From the NCBI GenBank assembly GCA_965248265.1, contig CBDFJF010000001.1, positions 832,001-896,000 on the forward strand: DNA of 64,000 nt. The letters are read 5' to 3'. The notes under the pieces are model-generated. The model searched no databases, was not told where the DNA came from, and worked only from the letters and a program-made list of their open reading frames with translations. This DNA is from Candidatus Latescibacterota bacterium (GTDB taxonomy: Bacteria; Latescibacterota; UBA2968; UBA8231). Made by a program: the position numbers and the translations under genes. The first letter of the stretch is position 1; the number at the start of each line of letters is the position of its first letter. Of this stretch, positions 31,824-42,669 are shown piece after piece.

Positions 31824-33758
31824 TTACAGATTCTGCAGCGCCCACTCCCAGACCAAGATCACGATCTTCGGGCTCCACTCGCCGATGATGAACCCCAGGA
31901 ACAGCGGCTTCAGCGTGTTGTAGAGCCGCGGTCCGCCCCAGCGCAGGACGGCGGTCTTGATCGCCCAGGCGAAGAGGATGCTGAGAAACATCTTGTAGAC
32001 CGCCAGGCTCACAGGAAAGCCGATCGGGTGGAAGGGCCACCAGGCGAAGCGCTGGCGGGCGAACATCAACAGCCCCATCATCAGCGCTCCGATGCCGGTA
32101 TGGCCCCAGTAAGACCAGTTTGCCTCCGTGTTTGTCTCCAGCCGGGCGGCCGCGTCCTGCCACTGGTAGTACCCCTGCTCCTTCAGCGTGTGCGTGATGT
32201 TCAGGCCCCCGTGCTCGTAGGCGGTGCCCAGAAAGACGGCCATGCCACCGCAGATCGACACCGCGATGGCGATCAGCATGCTGGCGAGGAGCATCCGGCG
32301 GTGCCTCTTGATGGTCTCATCCACTACTTTGAGGCTCTGCGCCGCGCAGGCCATCACCAGGATGATCATGTCTGCCGCCCAGGCGTAGGTGAACGCGAGG
32401 GCGACGATCCCCTTCGGTCCCAGGGCGCGGGTCCCCAAGCCGCCGACGATGGCGTCGGAGGCGATGATGGGACAGGCGAACCAGGGGATGCCCCCTTCGC
32501 AGACGACGCGGGTGATCCCCAGGTAGAGGAGGAAGGCCAGCCCAAGGTAGAGGGGCGCTATCCAGGCCGGCACGCCGAGGAGCCAGAGCCAGACGCAGAT
32601 GAAGGAGAAGCTGCCGACGAAGAGGAGGACGGCGGTGCGGTAGGACATGATCTCGTCCGGCTCGCTGGCGTCCACCTCCGACGAGAGACCCAGGGCGCAG
32701 CGCACGACGGCGACGATGTGACTCCGCCCGTTCCACAGGCCGACCACCACTAGCGCGATGAAGGCGCCCAGCCCCTCGAAGGAGAAAACCGTCGGCGTGC
32801 GCGTCCACGGACTCATCAGCGGGTCCGCCTCGCCACCTCCCATCAAAGTGGAGATGACCTGGTAAGCCATATAGACGAAGTAGTAGAAGCAGATCCCCAG
32901 GGTGACGTCGCGGCGGATGAAATAGGCGAAGCCGATCATCATGAAATTGATGCCCAGGCGCACCCGCACGACCTCGCGGAATAGGTAGACGTACTGGCCG
33001 CCGACGTAGATCGGTTCGAGGGGGAAATACTTCATGAGGCCGTTGTTGATCCCGATGATGAAGGGGACGATGAAGCCGGCCCAGAAGATCCAGTTGCGAA
33101 ACAGGGGTTTGATCAGACCGGGGCGCGAGCCTTCGTCGGCGTCGTCCTGGATCATGGCGATGGGCAGCTGCATCATCGGGTAGACGAGCCGCTCGTTGTC
33201 GATCCACTGCTTGCGCAGGATGACGGCGGCCGAGACCATGGCAACCCAGAGGCACATCGCCATCGGCGCCCAGCCGATCAACAGGACCGGCAGCCACATC
33301 CCCCACGGCACGGTGCCGTCGCCGGACCCTTCGTAGAAACCGCGGATGTCCTGGGGGTAATGGGAGGGCACCACCCAGTCCGGAATGAAGGGGATCACGG
33401 CCTCCGCCCAGGCGTTCTCCGGGGAGATGTAGTAGGCCATGGAGGTGATGTGGGGCAGCAAGTAGTCGGGCAGGCCGTTGGTGGCGACGCCGGAGCCGAC
33501 GATCCACATCACGTAGACCTGGGCCAGCTCGGACGGCGTCAGCACCCAGTCGCGGTTGAGGAGTCCCAGCAGGGGGTTCACGAGCAGCGCCATCAGGAAC
33601 AGCATGAGGTTGGCGCCGATGGCGTAGTGCCAGGTGGACCAAGCCCCGACGTGGAGCACGTAGGTGGAGTAGTTGAACCCCGCCCCGACGACGATGCACC
33701 CGAGGGTGCCGACGATGAGTCCGCGGTAGGTGCAGCCGAAGGCGCGGGGTGTGTCCAT
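31824..33758 (-). CDS. Polytopic membrane protein, DUF6785/DUF6784-like putative transporter
   Basis: Many TM helices; SPENAW, RKQWIDNERLVYP, ITRVVCEGG, WWPFHPIG, KTAVLRWGG..KPLFLG. Confidence 0.8.
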   Translation of the reverse strand: MDTPRAFGCTYRGLIVGTLGCIVVGAGFNYSTYVLHVGAWSTWHYAIGANLMLFLMALLVNPLLGLLNRDWVLTPSELAQVYVMWIVGSGVATNGLPDYLLPHITSMAYYISPENAWAEAVIPFIPDWVVPSHYPQDIRGFYEGSGDGTVPWGMWLPVLLIGWAPMAMCLWVAMVSAAVILRKQWIDNERLVYPMMQLPIAMIQDDADEGSRPGLIKPLFRNWIFWAGFIVPFIIGINNGLMKYFPLEPIYVGGQYVYLFREVVRVRLGINFMMIGFAYFIRRDVTLGICFYYFVYMAYQVISTLMGGGEADPLMSPWTRTPTVFSFEGLGAFIALVVVGLWNGRSHIVAVVRCALGLSSEVDASEPDEIMSYRTAVLLFVGSFSFICVWLWLLGVPAWIAPLYLGLAFLLYLGITRVVCEGGIPWFACPIIASDAIVGGLGTRALGPKGIVALAFTYAWAADMIILVMACAAQSLKVVDETIKRHRRMLLASMLIAIAVSICGGMAVFLGTAYEHGGLNITHTLKEQGYYQWQDAAARLETNTEANWSYWGHTGIGALMMGLLMFARQRFAWWPFHPIGFPVSLAVYKMFLSILFAWAIKTAVLRWGGPRLYNTLKPLFLGFIIGEWSPKIVILVWEWALQNL

Positions 33759-34031
33759 GCGAGCAAGTAGAGGTCGGGTGGGCCCGGCTCCTGGTGCGCA
33801 GAAGATTGCGGCCGAGCGCAGCGTTCGCAACCGGTCGCGAAGACCAGCCGTAAGCCGGACGATAATCGGTCAGATCAACCCGACACTATAGCCACAGAGG
33901 AGCTGCTCTACAAGGCGGGGAGCCTTGGCGAAGTTGGACCGCACGGACTCTGCCGTTCACATTGGCAGAGGCACGGCACACGAACGTCCCACGGTTCCTA
34001 TGTCCGATGCTCCCCCCTGCAGATTTGATAC

Positions 34032-34922
34032 ATGGCCAACATAGAGCCCGTTAAGGAATCGCATGTTCCTCATTTGACTACGCTTGTTGACTATCATTTG
34101 GGGACTTTGGTGCCGGGCTGGGCCGTGACACCCGACTATATGGCCAGTCGGCTCCGTCGCGACCCCGACGAGGTGATCACTGACGCTTGGATCCAAGAGC
34201 GAAGGACTCTGGTTGCCATGGACGAAGACCGTCTTTTGGCGGCGATTCATCTGCATCGATATGGAGACGATACGCCAAACAAGGGTGTTGGTGATGCCTC
34301 TTGGTTGCTGTTTTGGCCAGGCGAGACAGATGCAGCCTCCTCCTTACTTACCAGCGCACAAGCTGCCATGGCTGATTGGCATGTGGAGACTGAATGGATC
34401 TTTGGAACAGGATTGCCGGTGCCATTGTGCAACGGTGTGCCAGATACTTGGCCGCATATAGCCGATTTCATTCAGAATGCGGGCTATTGCGATACCGATT
34501 CTGAGGAGGCGCTGTACTTTGGTCCTGCCGAACCTACCAGTGCCCCACCAGACCCTCCAATCGAGGGGATGGTCATACACCAAGACGATGGCGAGTTCGG
34601 GGCTCGCTTCAGGGTCTTTTCAGGCGACAAGGCCATCGGTGGCTGCGAGTGTGTCGTGGACATGACTCGCGGTGGACAATTGCCGGCCCTTCGTGCATGG
34701 ACCGAGCTATCAGAAGTCGAGGTCGACGAGGCGTATCGCAACAAAGGTGTCGGCCGCTGGATGCTGCAACACGTCGCACAATGGCTTGCAGACCATCAGT
34801 ACAAGCACGTCGTGCTCTGTGTTGCCAAGGATGCCGAGTTACGGGGTGCAGGCAGGTTGTACCAGCGCCTTGGCTGGGAGCCGAGGGCAGTTAAGAAGCG
34901 AGGTTGGGTCAGGCGGCATTGA
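34032..34922 (+). CDS. GNAT acetyltransferase (two-domain)
   Basis: C-terminal EVEVDEAYRNKGVGRWML..LYQRLGW. Confidence 0.8.
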   Translation: MANIEPVKESHVPHLTTLVDYHLGTLVPGWAVTPDYMASRLRRDPDEVITDAWIQERRTLVAMDEDRLLAAIHLHRYGDDTPNKGVGDASWLLFWPGETDAASSLLTSAQAAMADWHVETEWIFGTGLPVPLCNGVPDTWPHIADFIQNAGYCDTDSEEALYFGPAEPTSAPPDPPIEGMVIHQDDGEFGARFRVFSGDKAIGGCECVVDMTRGGQLPALRAWTELSEVEVDEAYRNKGVGRWMLQHVAQWLADHQYKHVVLCVAKDAELRGAGRLYQRLGWEPRAVKKRGWVRRH

Positions 34923-35081
34923 GCTCCACCAAGACCCTGCGGGAATCAGATCCACGATAGATATCATCGAGTACTATCCGTTTCGCGTTAGGCTGGTGGT
35001 TGTGTGCGTCGGCTGGGTGAACGTCGTTTGCTCAGTCTGAGGTCCGTAGCCGTGCCCCGTGTATCCGATGTGACCATGTGT

Positions 35082-35963
35082 TCACGCCTGGCCGAAGAAA
35101 ATCGGCTGCGTCCAGGCACTGCGTCCCGCGTCGCCGTAGCACTCGAAACGGACGTACAACGCCGTGTCCGGGACGTGGACTTCCAGCGAGTTGCCATCGG
35201 TGACGGCAACGCCCGCACTGCCCTCACGCCAGGCGGCGATGCGACCGGCGTTGGCGGCTCGCACACGGATGTGATAACCGTCCACTTCGATTTCGTCAAT
35301 CGTCACCCCGGTAGAGCAGTAGAAGCGTCCGGCCCGCAGCATCTCCATGACCCCATCGACAGTCCGATCGCGGACGTACCCGACGATCCAGGCACGGCCG
35401 GCGTCCGACGGTCTGTGGTAATCGTCGCTGGCAAGGCCCCACACGCGATGACCGGCGGTGAGCAGAATATCCCACTTGTCCGTGGCCAGCGGTGATCCCT
35501 TGCCCATGATGCCGCCCGCGTTGTAGATCTCGATGCCGTGGTATCCTTGCAGAGCCTCCAATTGCTCGATGGGGTTGTGGCTGTGGCGGACGCCGTCGTT
35601 GGGGTGGTTCAGTACAGCAAAGCCGCCGTCGGCATTGATCTGATCGATGACGGTTTGGCGATCCTCGAGCGGCTCCACATGGCAGTTAGCTCCAACGTGA
35701 AGGATGTGGCACCCATTCTTGCTCACCTCGTTGCCGGGCAACAGCACCATCCCGCAGTCGTCCCATTGGGCGATCTCTCCCTGGCTCCAGGTGCGGTCAT
35801 GCTCGGTCAGAGCTAGGAAGCCGTATCCGAACTGAGCATAGCGAGTACAAATCGACGAGGGATTGTCGCGTGGTCGAGGGTGGTTGTGGAGGTTTCCGCG
35901 CAGCCAGCGACCGCCGCAAAGGTCGTCGTAGGGATTTTGCCGTTTGTCGTGCATCTTAGTCAC
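35082..35963 (-). CDS. PHP-domain metallohydrolase (CehA/McbA-like)
   Basis: WLRGNLHNH, ALTEHD, PGNEV, LNHP, IEIYN, ASDDYH, GRFYCSTG, AWTQPIF. Confidence 0.85.
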   Translation of the reverse strand: MTKMHDKRQNPYDDLCGGRWLRGNLHNHPRPRDNPSSICTRYAQFGYGFLALTEHDRTWSQGEIAQWDDCGMVLLPGNEVSKNGCHILHVGANCHVEPLEDRQTVIDQINADGGFAVLNHPNDGVRHSHNPIEQLEALQGYHGIEIYNAGGIMGKGSPLATDKWDILLTAGHRVWGLASDDYHRPSDAGRAWIVGYVRDRTVDGVMEMLRAGRFYCSTGVTIDEIEVDGYHIRVRAANAGRIAAWREGSAGVAVTDGNSLEVHVPDTALYVRFECYGDAGRSAWTQPIFFGQA

Positions 35964-36203
35964 CTTTCGTTTATCGAAAGCCAGTCAAAGGCCTTTGCCT
36001 CTGCCAAGGTTCCCCCGACAGCTGCACCCTGTGCATTGTTGCCTGTCTCAATCCGACGGGCGAGATTTCGCTCCAATAGTGCACTGTGGACAGGGTCTTG
36101 GCCTCGGTGAACTTAGTGTGCCGTCCACCGCCGTCCACTATATTCAATCCAAATGCCTGATTAATGCTCGCAGACGAGCATCGTTGTAGCAGGACAATAA
36201 CCG

Positions 36204-36237
36204 GTCGCGTCTTGGCAATCCGTTGCCAAGATGCGAC
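36204..36237. repeat. Strong palindrome (REP-, terminator- or operator-like)
   Basis: GTCGCGTCTTGGCAA-tccg-TTGCCAAGATGCGAC: 15-bp stem with one G-T pair. Confidence 0.6.
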
Positions 36238-36414
36238 GCAGAATCCGCCAATGTCAGCCAGGTTGACGCAGTGCCAGCGTCCGAGATTCCTTAGTAGGAG
36301 CTACTAATCAAGCTCTGAGAGCACACCCTGGCGTTCTTGGCCGCCCTGGTCGGACGCATGTGAGGCAGCATCAACATGGACTTCTAAAATGTTCAGTTTT
36401 GATGGACGGGAGAT

Positions 36415-36490
36415 ATGACGACAGGCGGACTCGTCATCCGCGCATTTGCGCCTCACGATTGGGTTGCGCTCTGCGAGTTGTACGAACCGG
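36415..36490 (+). pseudogene. GNAT N-terminal remnant
   Basis: GGGAG plus MTTGGLVIRAFAPHDWVALCELYE, then lost. Confidence 0.4.
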
Positions 36491-36840
36491 CTGAAGGGGG
36501 TTGCACCCCCGATTCTTGTCGGTAACGGCCTCCGACTCTGCGATCATCAAAATGTTGCCCTTAACACTTGCGTCACCGCCACTTCGCACGCGAGGCAGGG
36601 CAAAACGCCCCTGTCTGACCCACCTCTATGTGTAGCTTTTTCAGAATCCCAGTTCCTCGTCCCAGATGTCGAGCCCTTGATCAATTGGCGCTTTCATGGA
36701 CGAAGCCACATTGGCGTACTGCTTCTATTCACTAACTACCGCCTGCAGTCGGCTGGTCCGGGGTGCCTCTTGTGCGTAGTGTTCAAAGGCAACGCATCGG
36801 CTCCAACCACCGTAGCAATAGCCCCGCAGCAATAGCCACC

Positions 36841-37851
36841 GTGCAAACCAATCGGCCTCGCATCGTCGTCACACATTGGGCGCACAGGGCCGTTCTCGAT
36901 CTACTGGCTTCACACGGTCAGGTGATTGCCAACGACACGCGAGAGCGCTGGACACAGGACGATTTGATCGACCGAGCTGGCGACGCGACGGCATTGCTCG
37001 CGTTCATGCCTGACCGGATTGACGACGCATTCCTGCAGGCGTGCCCGCGCTTGAAGATCGTCGCCGCCGCGCTCAAAGGCTACGACAACATCGACGTCAA
37101 AGCCTGCGCGCAACGCGATGTCTGGGTGAGCATCGTGCCTGACCTGCTCACAGAGCCAACCGCGGAACTGGCCATCGCGCTCTTACTGGGATTGATCCGC
37201 AACGTTCTTCCGGGTGACCGCTTCGTGCGGTCTGGGACGTTCCGTGGCTGGCGACCGCTGCTGTACGGCGCGACGTTGTGCGAGGCGACTCTGGGTATCA
37301 TCGGGATGGGTGCTGTCGGACGCGCTATCGCGCGAAGACTTCATGCCCTGGGGGCGGCCGTCGCGTACCATGACCCCGAGCCGCTGGATTCAGACACCGC
37401 GCAAACACTGCACGCACAACCGCTCGCCCTCGATGCGTTGCTCGACCGGGCCGATATGCTCATCGTCTCGGCACCGCTGACGGCGGCATCGCAGCACCTG
37501 CTCGACGAACGTCGACTTCGCCGGCTCAAACGCGGGGCGTATGTCGTCAATATCGGACGCGGCTCAGTCGTGTCCGAGCAGGCGGTTGCCGAACTGCTAC
37601 GCGAAGGACATCTGGCTGGCTATGCAGCCGATGTGTTCGAACTGGAAGATGCCTCGCGCCCCGATTGCCCAACCGACATTCCCGCCGCCCTGCTGACGCA
37701 GGCGGACAAGACGTTGTTCACACCGCACCTCGGGTCTGCCGTCGATTCGGTACGCCGTGATATCGCCTTCGAAGCGGCATACTCCATCGTCGACGTACTC
37801 GAAGGCCGCACACCGCGGCACGCGATCACTCCTCGGGAATGGCGGTCGTGA
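36841..37851 (+). CDS. ptxD: NAD-dependent phosphite dehydrogenase
   Basis: AFMPD, ALKGYDN (phosphite-binding Lys), VPDLLTEPTAELA, GWRPLLYG, GMGAVG, NIGRGSVV, GYAADVFELED, FTPHLGSAV..R: PtxD-specific motifs within the D-2-hydroxyacid dehydrogenases. Confidence 0.88.
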   Translation: MQTNRPRIVVTHWAHRAVLDLLASHGQVIANDTRERWTQDDLIDRAGDATALLAFMPDRIDDAFLQACPRLKIVAAALKGYDNIDVKACAQRDVWVSIVPDLLTEPTAELAIALLLGLIRNVLPGDRFVRSGTFRGWRPLLYGATLCEATLGIIGMGAVGRAIARRLHALGAAVAYHDPEPLDSDTAQTLHAQPLALDALLDRADMLIVSAPLTAASQHLLDERRLRRLKRGAYVVNIGRGSVVSEQAVAELLREGHLAGYAADVFELEDASRPDCPTDIPAALLTQADKTLFTPHLGSAVDSVRRDIAFEAAYSIVDVLEGRTPRHAITPREWRS

Positions 37852-37896
37852 TGGCAACACAGCGCGACGAGCCAACAGGAGGAGGAGACGCCGTCA

Positions 37897-38057
37897 TGAG
37901 CGCCCGTGAGACATTTCTCGCGCTCAGACGGCTTGGCAAGCGTGTAGAAATGCGAGAGTACCGCCGGGAGCAGCACGTCATGACCTGGTCAGCTGGTGAC
38001 ACCAGGGACTACTATGCCAGTGTGCTGAGATGGTTCGGGGAGTTCCTGCGAGCGTAG
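37897..38057 (+). pseudogene. S9 prolyl-oligopeptidase C-terminal remnant
   Basis: ETFLALRRLGKRVEMREYRREQH..VLRWFGEFL*. Confidence 0.65.
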
Positions 38058-38135
38058 AGACCGGTTTTTCCAGTTAGGTTGTTGCCGACCATCAGATAAT
38101 GAGAACGATGGCCGCCCCGGGTGTGACTGGCCAGG

Positions 38136-40847
38136 TCAATCTCCTCCGTACCGCACCCATACCTCTGTCACGCGCGGTGTCGATAGGCTGTTGTAGGCGC
38201 CGAGAGCGAGTCGATACTGAATCCATCCTCCGGCCGGGTGCCGCGGTATGATATCACCGTTGGCGAGCCAGCTATCCACGCCATCGCCGCCGAACCAGGG
38301 CGAGATCTCGAGTTCCTGTTCCGATGAGCTGAACCGGACCTGGGCATGGACCCAGGTTCTAGGTGGGACCTGCGCCTCCCATCCGATCTGACGCGCGCCG
38401 GTTCGGGTCGGGAGCTTGAATGGTGGTGATACGTAGTATTCCTCCGGGCCGCGGTCGGCGATATTGCCGATACCGATCGCGTTCATGCCGTGCGGGCCGG
38501 CGGTCGGAAGGTGGGTCACCCGATCAGTGCTGAGCCCCTCCGGACCGTTCCACATGATCCATGACTGACCCCTGTGGTCGCCCCAGACCTTGTGGTTGGC
38601 AATGGCGAGGTCGGTCTTGCCATCGTTGTCGAAATCGGCGGCGATGCATCCCGATGCTGAGTGGGTGAAGAAACGCGAGCGATCGGAGGCCGAAAAACCC
38701 CGGCCCTCTCGGTTCCAATAAAGGTATGAGTCGAGATCGCGCTCACGGCTGCTGGCATAAGAACAGACGAATAGATCGAGAAGGCCGTCGCCGTCGAAGT
38801 CGGCAAGGCACATTGAATTCACCGTTTCTGCCGGCAAGAGCATGTGCCGATCCTCGCGCAACCCCTCCGGCCCGTTCCAGTAGATGTAGACGTAGGAATC
38901 CTTGGGGGATTCGGGCGACTGGTGGTGGCCGCCGATGAGTAGGTCGAGGTAGCCGTTGTTGGTGAGGTCGGCGGCGCGAGCACAGGCGGCACGGAAAACG
39001 GAGAGCACCTGACAGTTGTCCATGCTGAAGCCGTCCGGACCACCCCAGAGGATGAAGCTGCGGTCGGCCGTGATCTGCGGTACGACGATGTCGAGCCACC
39101 CGTCGTTGTTCAGATCGGCTAGGTAGATCCAGCGGGGCTCGTCGTAGACGACGCCGTCGAGCTCCATACGGATCCGCACCGGGTTCAGGTCGAATCCCGA
39201 GCTGCTGCCGTAGAAGACCAGCAGATCCGGAAAGCCGAAGCCCCCGAAAACAACGTCGAGGTATCCGTCGCGGTTGAGGTCGGCGCAGCAGACTCCGTGG
39301 GCATGCACGGTGGGCAGGACGATATCGGGATCCGAAAATCCGTCCTGGCCGTTGAAGAAAACGTAGGAGCCGGGGTCCTCGCAGACGCTCGAGTACTCGG
39401 AGGCGTTGCAGGTGATCAGATCCACGTACCCATCGTCGTTGAGGTCGCAGGAGATCGCCTCGACGGCCCCGGAACTGGGGATCTGGTGACGTCGCTCAGC
39501 CGCGTAACCCTCCGGACCGCCGAAGTAGATGGTGGCCGGCACATCGTCTTGGGCCGTGCCACTGAAATGGTTCACGACGGCGACGACCGGATCTCCGCCT
39601 GCGGTTGGTCGGCCGATCAGGGCACTCCGCGCGTCGTGTGAGAGCAACCGGACCGGTGGCTCGAACTGCTCAGTGCTCGAGCACCGGTAGGCGAGAGACT
39701 CGGTCGTGAAGGATGCCCGGGTCCGGTTCTGACAGAAGACGACCTCGTCGCGGCCGTCACCATCTAGATCACTGACCGCCGTGTGGCAGGCGCGGTGGGT
39801 GGTGAGAGCAGCTCTGCGGTCCTCCGAATAGACAACGTCACTGCCCCAGTAGACGTAAGACCGTTCACTTTTGGAAGCCGGAGCGCGAGCAGCCACCACA
39901 AGATCAGTCCTGCCATTTCCGGTCAAGTCGCCCACGGCAGCGGCCATGGGGTGCTGGCATGCAAAGACGAGCGGCTCACCGAACTCACGGTTGTCCCGAA
40001 CCGGGACGAGCTCGAAGGTGTCAGTGCTGGGAGCGAACAGATGGGGCCTCACGAGCTGGATGATCCCCACGAGGGGGTGGGCGTCTCCGACGTACTCTGC
40101 CGCCGATACACCCTCAGGGGGCGTCCCGTCACCACCCGTCCCGCAGGGGGCGGCTCGCACCGGAACCGCGGAACACCTCTCCGGCCCGAGGCCATCCGGT
40201 CCCCCCCAGTACACGGTCAGGCACCCGTCTTGAGCGCGCACAGCGAGATCGGCGGCGCCATCACCGTCGAGATCACCCGCTGCGAGGCTCTCTCCAGCGA
40301 TCTCGAGATCTACGAACCGTTTCGGCTCGAATCCGAGCTCGTTCTGGTAGAAAACTCGGAGGCGACCGTTGCAGAGGAAAGCTAGATCGGGTCGACCGTC
40401 GCCGTCAAAGTCACCTGCGGCTACGGCGGTGCATTTGGGCACCGGCAGTTGCTGCTGGTACCTCTCGCTCCAACCCTGGGGTGATCCGAAGTAGACGATC
40501 GCGTTGAGCCCGAGGGTCGTCACCCCATTGTCGTGGCAACCGAGAACGAGGTCGTCGTGGCCGTCGCCGTTCAGGTCGGCAACTACGCCAGCCACAGCGC
40601 CTTCCGACGGCAGCTCGCATCTGTCTGCCCTGCCGAAGACATCGGTGTGGACGTAGGCGGGAGGTCGCTCCCAGTGCGCCTGGGAGTTGCAGAAGACCAG
40701 GTCGACGTAACCGTTGCCGTTCAAGTCGAATTGGTGAATGCGCTGCAGCACGCCACCCCGTGACACGTACAGGTTCTGGCCGCCATTCCCAAAGCTACCG
40801 CGCCGAAACCCTTCGAAACCACGTGTGACCCACACACCTTCAGTCAT
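38136..40847 (-). CDS. FG-GAP/VCBS repeat protein
   Basis: More than 10 repeats of DLNGDGxxDL type; start ATG 40847 with GGAGG; no evident signal peptide. Confidence 0.88.
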   Translation of the reverse strand: MTEGVWVTRGFEGFRRGSFGNGGQNLYVSRGGVLQRIHQFDLNGNGYVDLVFCNSQAHWERPPAYVHTDVFGRADRCELPSEGAVAGVVADLNGDGHDDLVLGCHDNGVTTLGLNAIVYFGSPQGWSERYQQQLPVPKCTAVAAGDFDGDGRPDLAFLCNGRLRVFYQNELGFEPKRFVDLEIAGESLAAGDLDGDGAADLAVRAQDGCLTVYWGGPDGLGPERCSAVPVRAAPCGTGGDGTPPEGVSAAEYVGDAHPLVGIIQLVRPHLFAPSTDTFELVPVRDNREFGEPLVFACQHPMAAAVGDLTGNGRTDLVVAARAPASKSERSYVYWGSDVVYSEDRRAALTTHRACHTAVSDLDGDGRDEVVFCQNRTRASFTTESLAYRCSSTEQFEPPVRLLSHDARSALIGRPTAGGDPVVAVVNHFSGTAQDDVPATIYFGGPEGYAAERRHQIPSSGAVEAISCDLNDDGYVDLITCNASEYSSVCEDPGSYVFFNGQDGFSDPDIVLPTVHAHGVCCADLNRDGYLDVVFGGFGFPDLLVFYGSSSGFDLNPVRIRMELDGVVYDEPRWIYLADLNNDGWLDIVVPQITADRSFILWGGPDGFSMDNCQVLSVFRAACARAADLTNNGYLDLLIGGHHQSPESPKDSYVYIYWNGPEGLREDRHMLLPAETVNSMCLADFDGDGLLDLFVCSYASSRERDLDSYLYWNREGRGFSASDRSRFFTHSASGCIAADFDNDGKTDLAIANHKVWGDHRGQSWIMWNGPEGLSTDRVTHLPTAGPHGMNAIGIGNIADRGPEEYYVSPPFKLPTRTGARQIGWEAQVPPRTWVHAQVRFSSSEQELEISPWFGGDGVDSWLANGDIIPRHPAGGWIQYRLALGAYNSLSTPRVTEVWVRYGGD

Positions 40848-41209
40848 CTCGCCTCCGGAACGGTGTGGGTTGAGTGGGGCACTTCGTGGGGGACCCGCAC
40901 CAGGCAATTTCGCTCAGGGCTTCTTGAAGCTGCGATAATCGTTTGCTCAGTCCGATTGACGGCAAGCACCTAGTTGCTGCTTGAGATCAGCTTTGCACCC
41001 GAGAGTCGACTTTCCTATCGAAGTCGGCACCAGGTTGTGGCAGAGGTCACTGCATCCCGCAGTAATCTCGAGACCATGCTCATGGCGTCCGGTAGCCGCT
41101 CAACGAAGGAGGCCTCGGCTACTTGACGGACCCACGATCCGTTTTATGAACTATCCGTTCCGCCATGCCCGGGCTTATCAGCCGAGCTTCGAATCTGCTC
41201 GGAAGCTGC

Positions 41210-42532
41210 TTACTCGCCGAAGTACCCGGCTTCACCTCGGGAATCGATGAACCCCTTCAGCCTGGCCTCGGCGAGATGGACCCCCCTCAGGAGCACCCCC
41301 CGCGAATCGAGACGACGTCTCGGCGCCTCCCGCAGCTCCATCGCGATCACCGTAGCGAGTTCGTCCGGGGCCGTTTCCGGCATCCCCTGCAGTACCAGGT
41401 GGTCCCCTGTCTGCTCGAAGTCGATGGGTTCGCCGCTGACCAGGAACCGTGCCGAGAGCACTTCGGTCTCCAGCCCCCTCATCTCGATCTGCTGTCCCTG
41501 CTGTCCCGGCCAGAGGTACAGGTGCAGGTAAAGGGTCCTCGCCCTGAAGGTGAAGATCCCGAGCTGCATCCACTCCGGACGCTGGATGCGCTCCGAGTTG
41601 TATACGGCTTCCCCGTTAGCCCGCATCCACTCGCCGACCCGCTTCAGAAGCCCGACGCACGGCTCCGGGACAGAGCCGTCCGCTTCGGGCCCGACGTTCA
41701 GCAGCAGGTTGGCCCCGCCGTTGGCGACCTGCCCCAGCATGCGCACGATCTGCACCGGGGTCTTCCAGTCATCGCCCGAGGCTCTATAGCCCCAGTTGTT
41801 GTTCGTCGTGAAGCACGCTTCCCAGGCGCGGTCGGACTCGGCATACGCCCAGATACGCTTTTCCGGCGTGTTGAAATCCTCCTTGCTCCAGGACCGGTTG
41901 TTGATCAGGATGTCCGGCTGAAGCTCGCGCACCATCGCGTTCATCTTTGCGCTCTCCCACCCCTCCTCGTCCAGCGGCGCGGCGCCATCGTACCACATCA
42001 CATCGATCTTGCCGTAGTTCGTGCACAGCTCCCTGACCTGACCGTGGATGAAGCTGACAAGACGCTGCCGCGCCGCCTCATCGGTCGCACATTGATGCCA
42101 GTCCGGATGGTGCCAGTCCATCAGCGAGTAGTAGAAGCCGACCCGCAGGCCCTCCGACCGACACGCGTCGACGTATTCGGCCACCAGATCGCGGCCCGCT
42201 GCCGCCTTCGCTGATGTGCAGTCGGTGAGTGGTGAATCGAACAGGCAGAAGCCTTCATGGTGCTTCGTCGTCATCACCATGTACTTCATCCCCGCTTCGC
42301 GGGCCAGGCGAGCCCACTCCCGCGCCGGGAACGGCTTGGGCCTGAACAGCCCGGCAAGCCGCTCGTACTCCTCTTCACGGGAACGTTGCGAGAGGGAGCG
42401 ATGGGGCGCTGGCCAGCCTTCAGCCCCGGAGAGGGCGTACAGCCCCCAGTGCACGAACATGCCGAACCGCGCCTCGTTGAACCATTCGAGCCTTCGAGCT
42501 CGATCTTCGTCTTCAGCAGTTTGGTCTGACAT
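41210..42532 (-). CDS. Alpha-L-fucosidase (GH29)
   Basis: WFNEARFGMFVHWGLY, GMKYMVMTTKHHEGF, GFYYS..DWHH, VMWYDG nucleophile, INNR, NLLLNVGP. Confidence 0.92.
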   Translation of the reverse strand: MSDQTAEDEDRARRLEWFNEARFGMFVHWGLYALSGAEGWPAPHRSLSQRSREEEYERLAGLFRPKPFPAREWARLAREAGMKYMVMTTKHHEGFCLFDSPLTDCTSAKAAAGRDLVAEYVDACRSEGLRVGFYYSLMDWHHPDWHQCATDEAARQRLVSFIHGQVRELCTNYGKIDVMWYDGAAPLDEEGWESAKMNAMVRELQPDILINNRSWSKEDFNTPEKRIWAYAESDRAWEACFTTNNNWGYRASGDDWKTPVQIVRMLGQVANGGANLLLNVGPEADGSVPEPCVGLLKRVGEWMRANGEAVYNSERIQRPEWMQLGIFTFRARTLYLHLYLWPGQQGQQIEMRGLETEVLSARFLVSGEPIDFEQTGDHLVLQGMPETAPDELATVIAMELREAPRRRLDSRGVLLRGVHLAEARLKGFIDSRGEAGYFGE

Positions 42533-42669
42533 CGCCGACAGTACCTCGGAGGATAGGGCGTTTGATGTTATGGATAGTATCAGCCGACAATCAGGTGGTG
42601 TCGATGGCAAGAACAAGGTGTCACGGACCCGGCAGGAACGGGCGTTTCGACCTGTCCCGGCTGACGCGC

